In this document: one piece after another, positions 63,273 to 64,000 of the stretch | Layout of the letters: the number at the start of each line of letters is the position of its first letter | Position numbering within the stretch: the first letter of the stretch is position 1 | Assembly: GCF_963921235.1 (NCBI RefSeq) | Contig: NC_086122.1 | Coordinates: 30,690,001 to 30,754,000, forward strand | Direction of reading: 5' to 3' | DNA length: 64,000 nt | From: Mobula hypostoma | Lineage: Eukaryota | The notes under the pieces: generated by a model | The model's database searches: none | What the model was told of the DNA's origin: nothing | What the model saw: the letters and a program-made list of their open reading frames with translations, nothing else | Made by a program: the position numbers and the translations under genes

Positions 63273-64000
63273 CAGTGGTCCCCAACCACCGGGCCGCAAA
63301 GCATGTGCTACCGGGCCGCGAGGAAGCAATATGATTTGGCGATATGAATCAGCTGCACCTTTCCTCATTCCCTGTCACGCCTGCTGTTGAACTTGAACGC
63401 ACGCAAGGTCATTACGCATGCGAGGCCATCAGTGACCCAAGACGTGCAAAGGAATGGTTCCGTGACCCACTTGTGAATGTCCCCGGTGAATCATCCGTGT
63501 CAGCGCGGGAAAAAGATCAACTCCTCGAGCTTGCAAATGACGGTGGGCTGAAAAGTATGTTTGACATAATATCTCTGCCGGCATTCTGGATCAAAGTCAA
63601 GGCTGAGTATTCTGAGATAGCCATGAAAGCACTGAAAACGTTGCTTACATTTCCAACACCATATCGAAGCGGAGTTTTCTGCAATGAATGCAACGAAAAC
63701 TAAATTGCGGAATAGACTGGACATAAGGAACCCCCTTCGAGTATCACTGTCTCCCATCACCATTTGATGGGTCCGTCTTGTTGCAGGGAAACAAGCCCAG
63801 GGCTCCCACTGATTCAGCGATATTGATGTGTTGCAATGATTTTATATGTTCATACAAGAAAAATATGCGCTATGTTTTTAATATTCAAACGTTACTTAAA
63901 ATGTTATGATGCTATTGACTTATAAGTGACTTATAATTCAGTGGTCCCTAACCTCCGGGCCACGGACCGAAACATTGCCTCGAAGAATGTGCCTCTGATC
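63273..64000 (+). mobile_element. hAT (Charlie-like) DNA transposon derivative
   Basis: cagtggtccccaacc terminus. ORF 63344-63703 WFRDP..QLLELAND..FW.KVKAEY.EIA.KALK.LL.FPT.Y (hAT C-terminal dimerisation region). A second terminus-like sequence at 63939. Confidence 0.85.

Noticed and set aside
63344-63703. Domesticated ZBED/FAM200/SCAND3-like gene
   Set aside because: Short and frameshifted, directly behind a transposon terminus inside a TMEM50A intron.

Overview
Repeat-rich vertebrate genomic DNA, most likely a cartilaginous fish (inferred from the CR1, V-SINE/DeuSINE, Rex/Babar and Penelope repeat mix; the species cannot be called from sequence alone). Five protein-coding genes alternate in orientation. 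SYF2 (+): last 3 exons, 642-8557. RSRP1 (-): complete, promoter ~29900-30030, CDS 27023-20787, ~409 aa. An MGST3b-like MAPEG gene (+): 4 exons, 34818-47793, 150 aa. An intronless SNRPC/U1-C gene (-): 52386-51901, 161 aa. TMEM50A (+): 5' part, promoter ~55540-55720, coding exons 61221-61319 and 62955-63067. Introns and intergenic DNA hold often-nested CR1, Rex/Babar, RTE, Penelope, Gypsy LTR, Tc1, Tigger and hAT elements and SINEs. Main observations: (1) the intact intronless U1-C gene is preceded by a 35-bp VNTR with seven E-boxes whose motif order resembles the neighbouring TMEM50A promoter; (2) Penelope pseudo-LTRs carry minimal hammerhead ribozyme motifs, and there is a 164-bp fold-back mini-element with a TSD; (3) RSRP1 has a splice-generated uORF, a candidate poison exon, a possible second promoter and a 33-nt Ser-rich coding repeat; (4) the MAPEG gene has His in place of the conserved GSH-binding Arg. 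Family names come from my recollection of reference proteins; no database searches were run, and TE boundaries are approximate unless a TSD or TIR is quoted.
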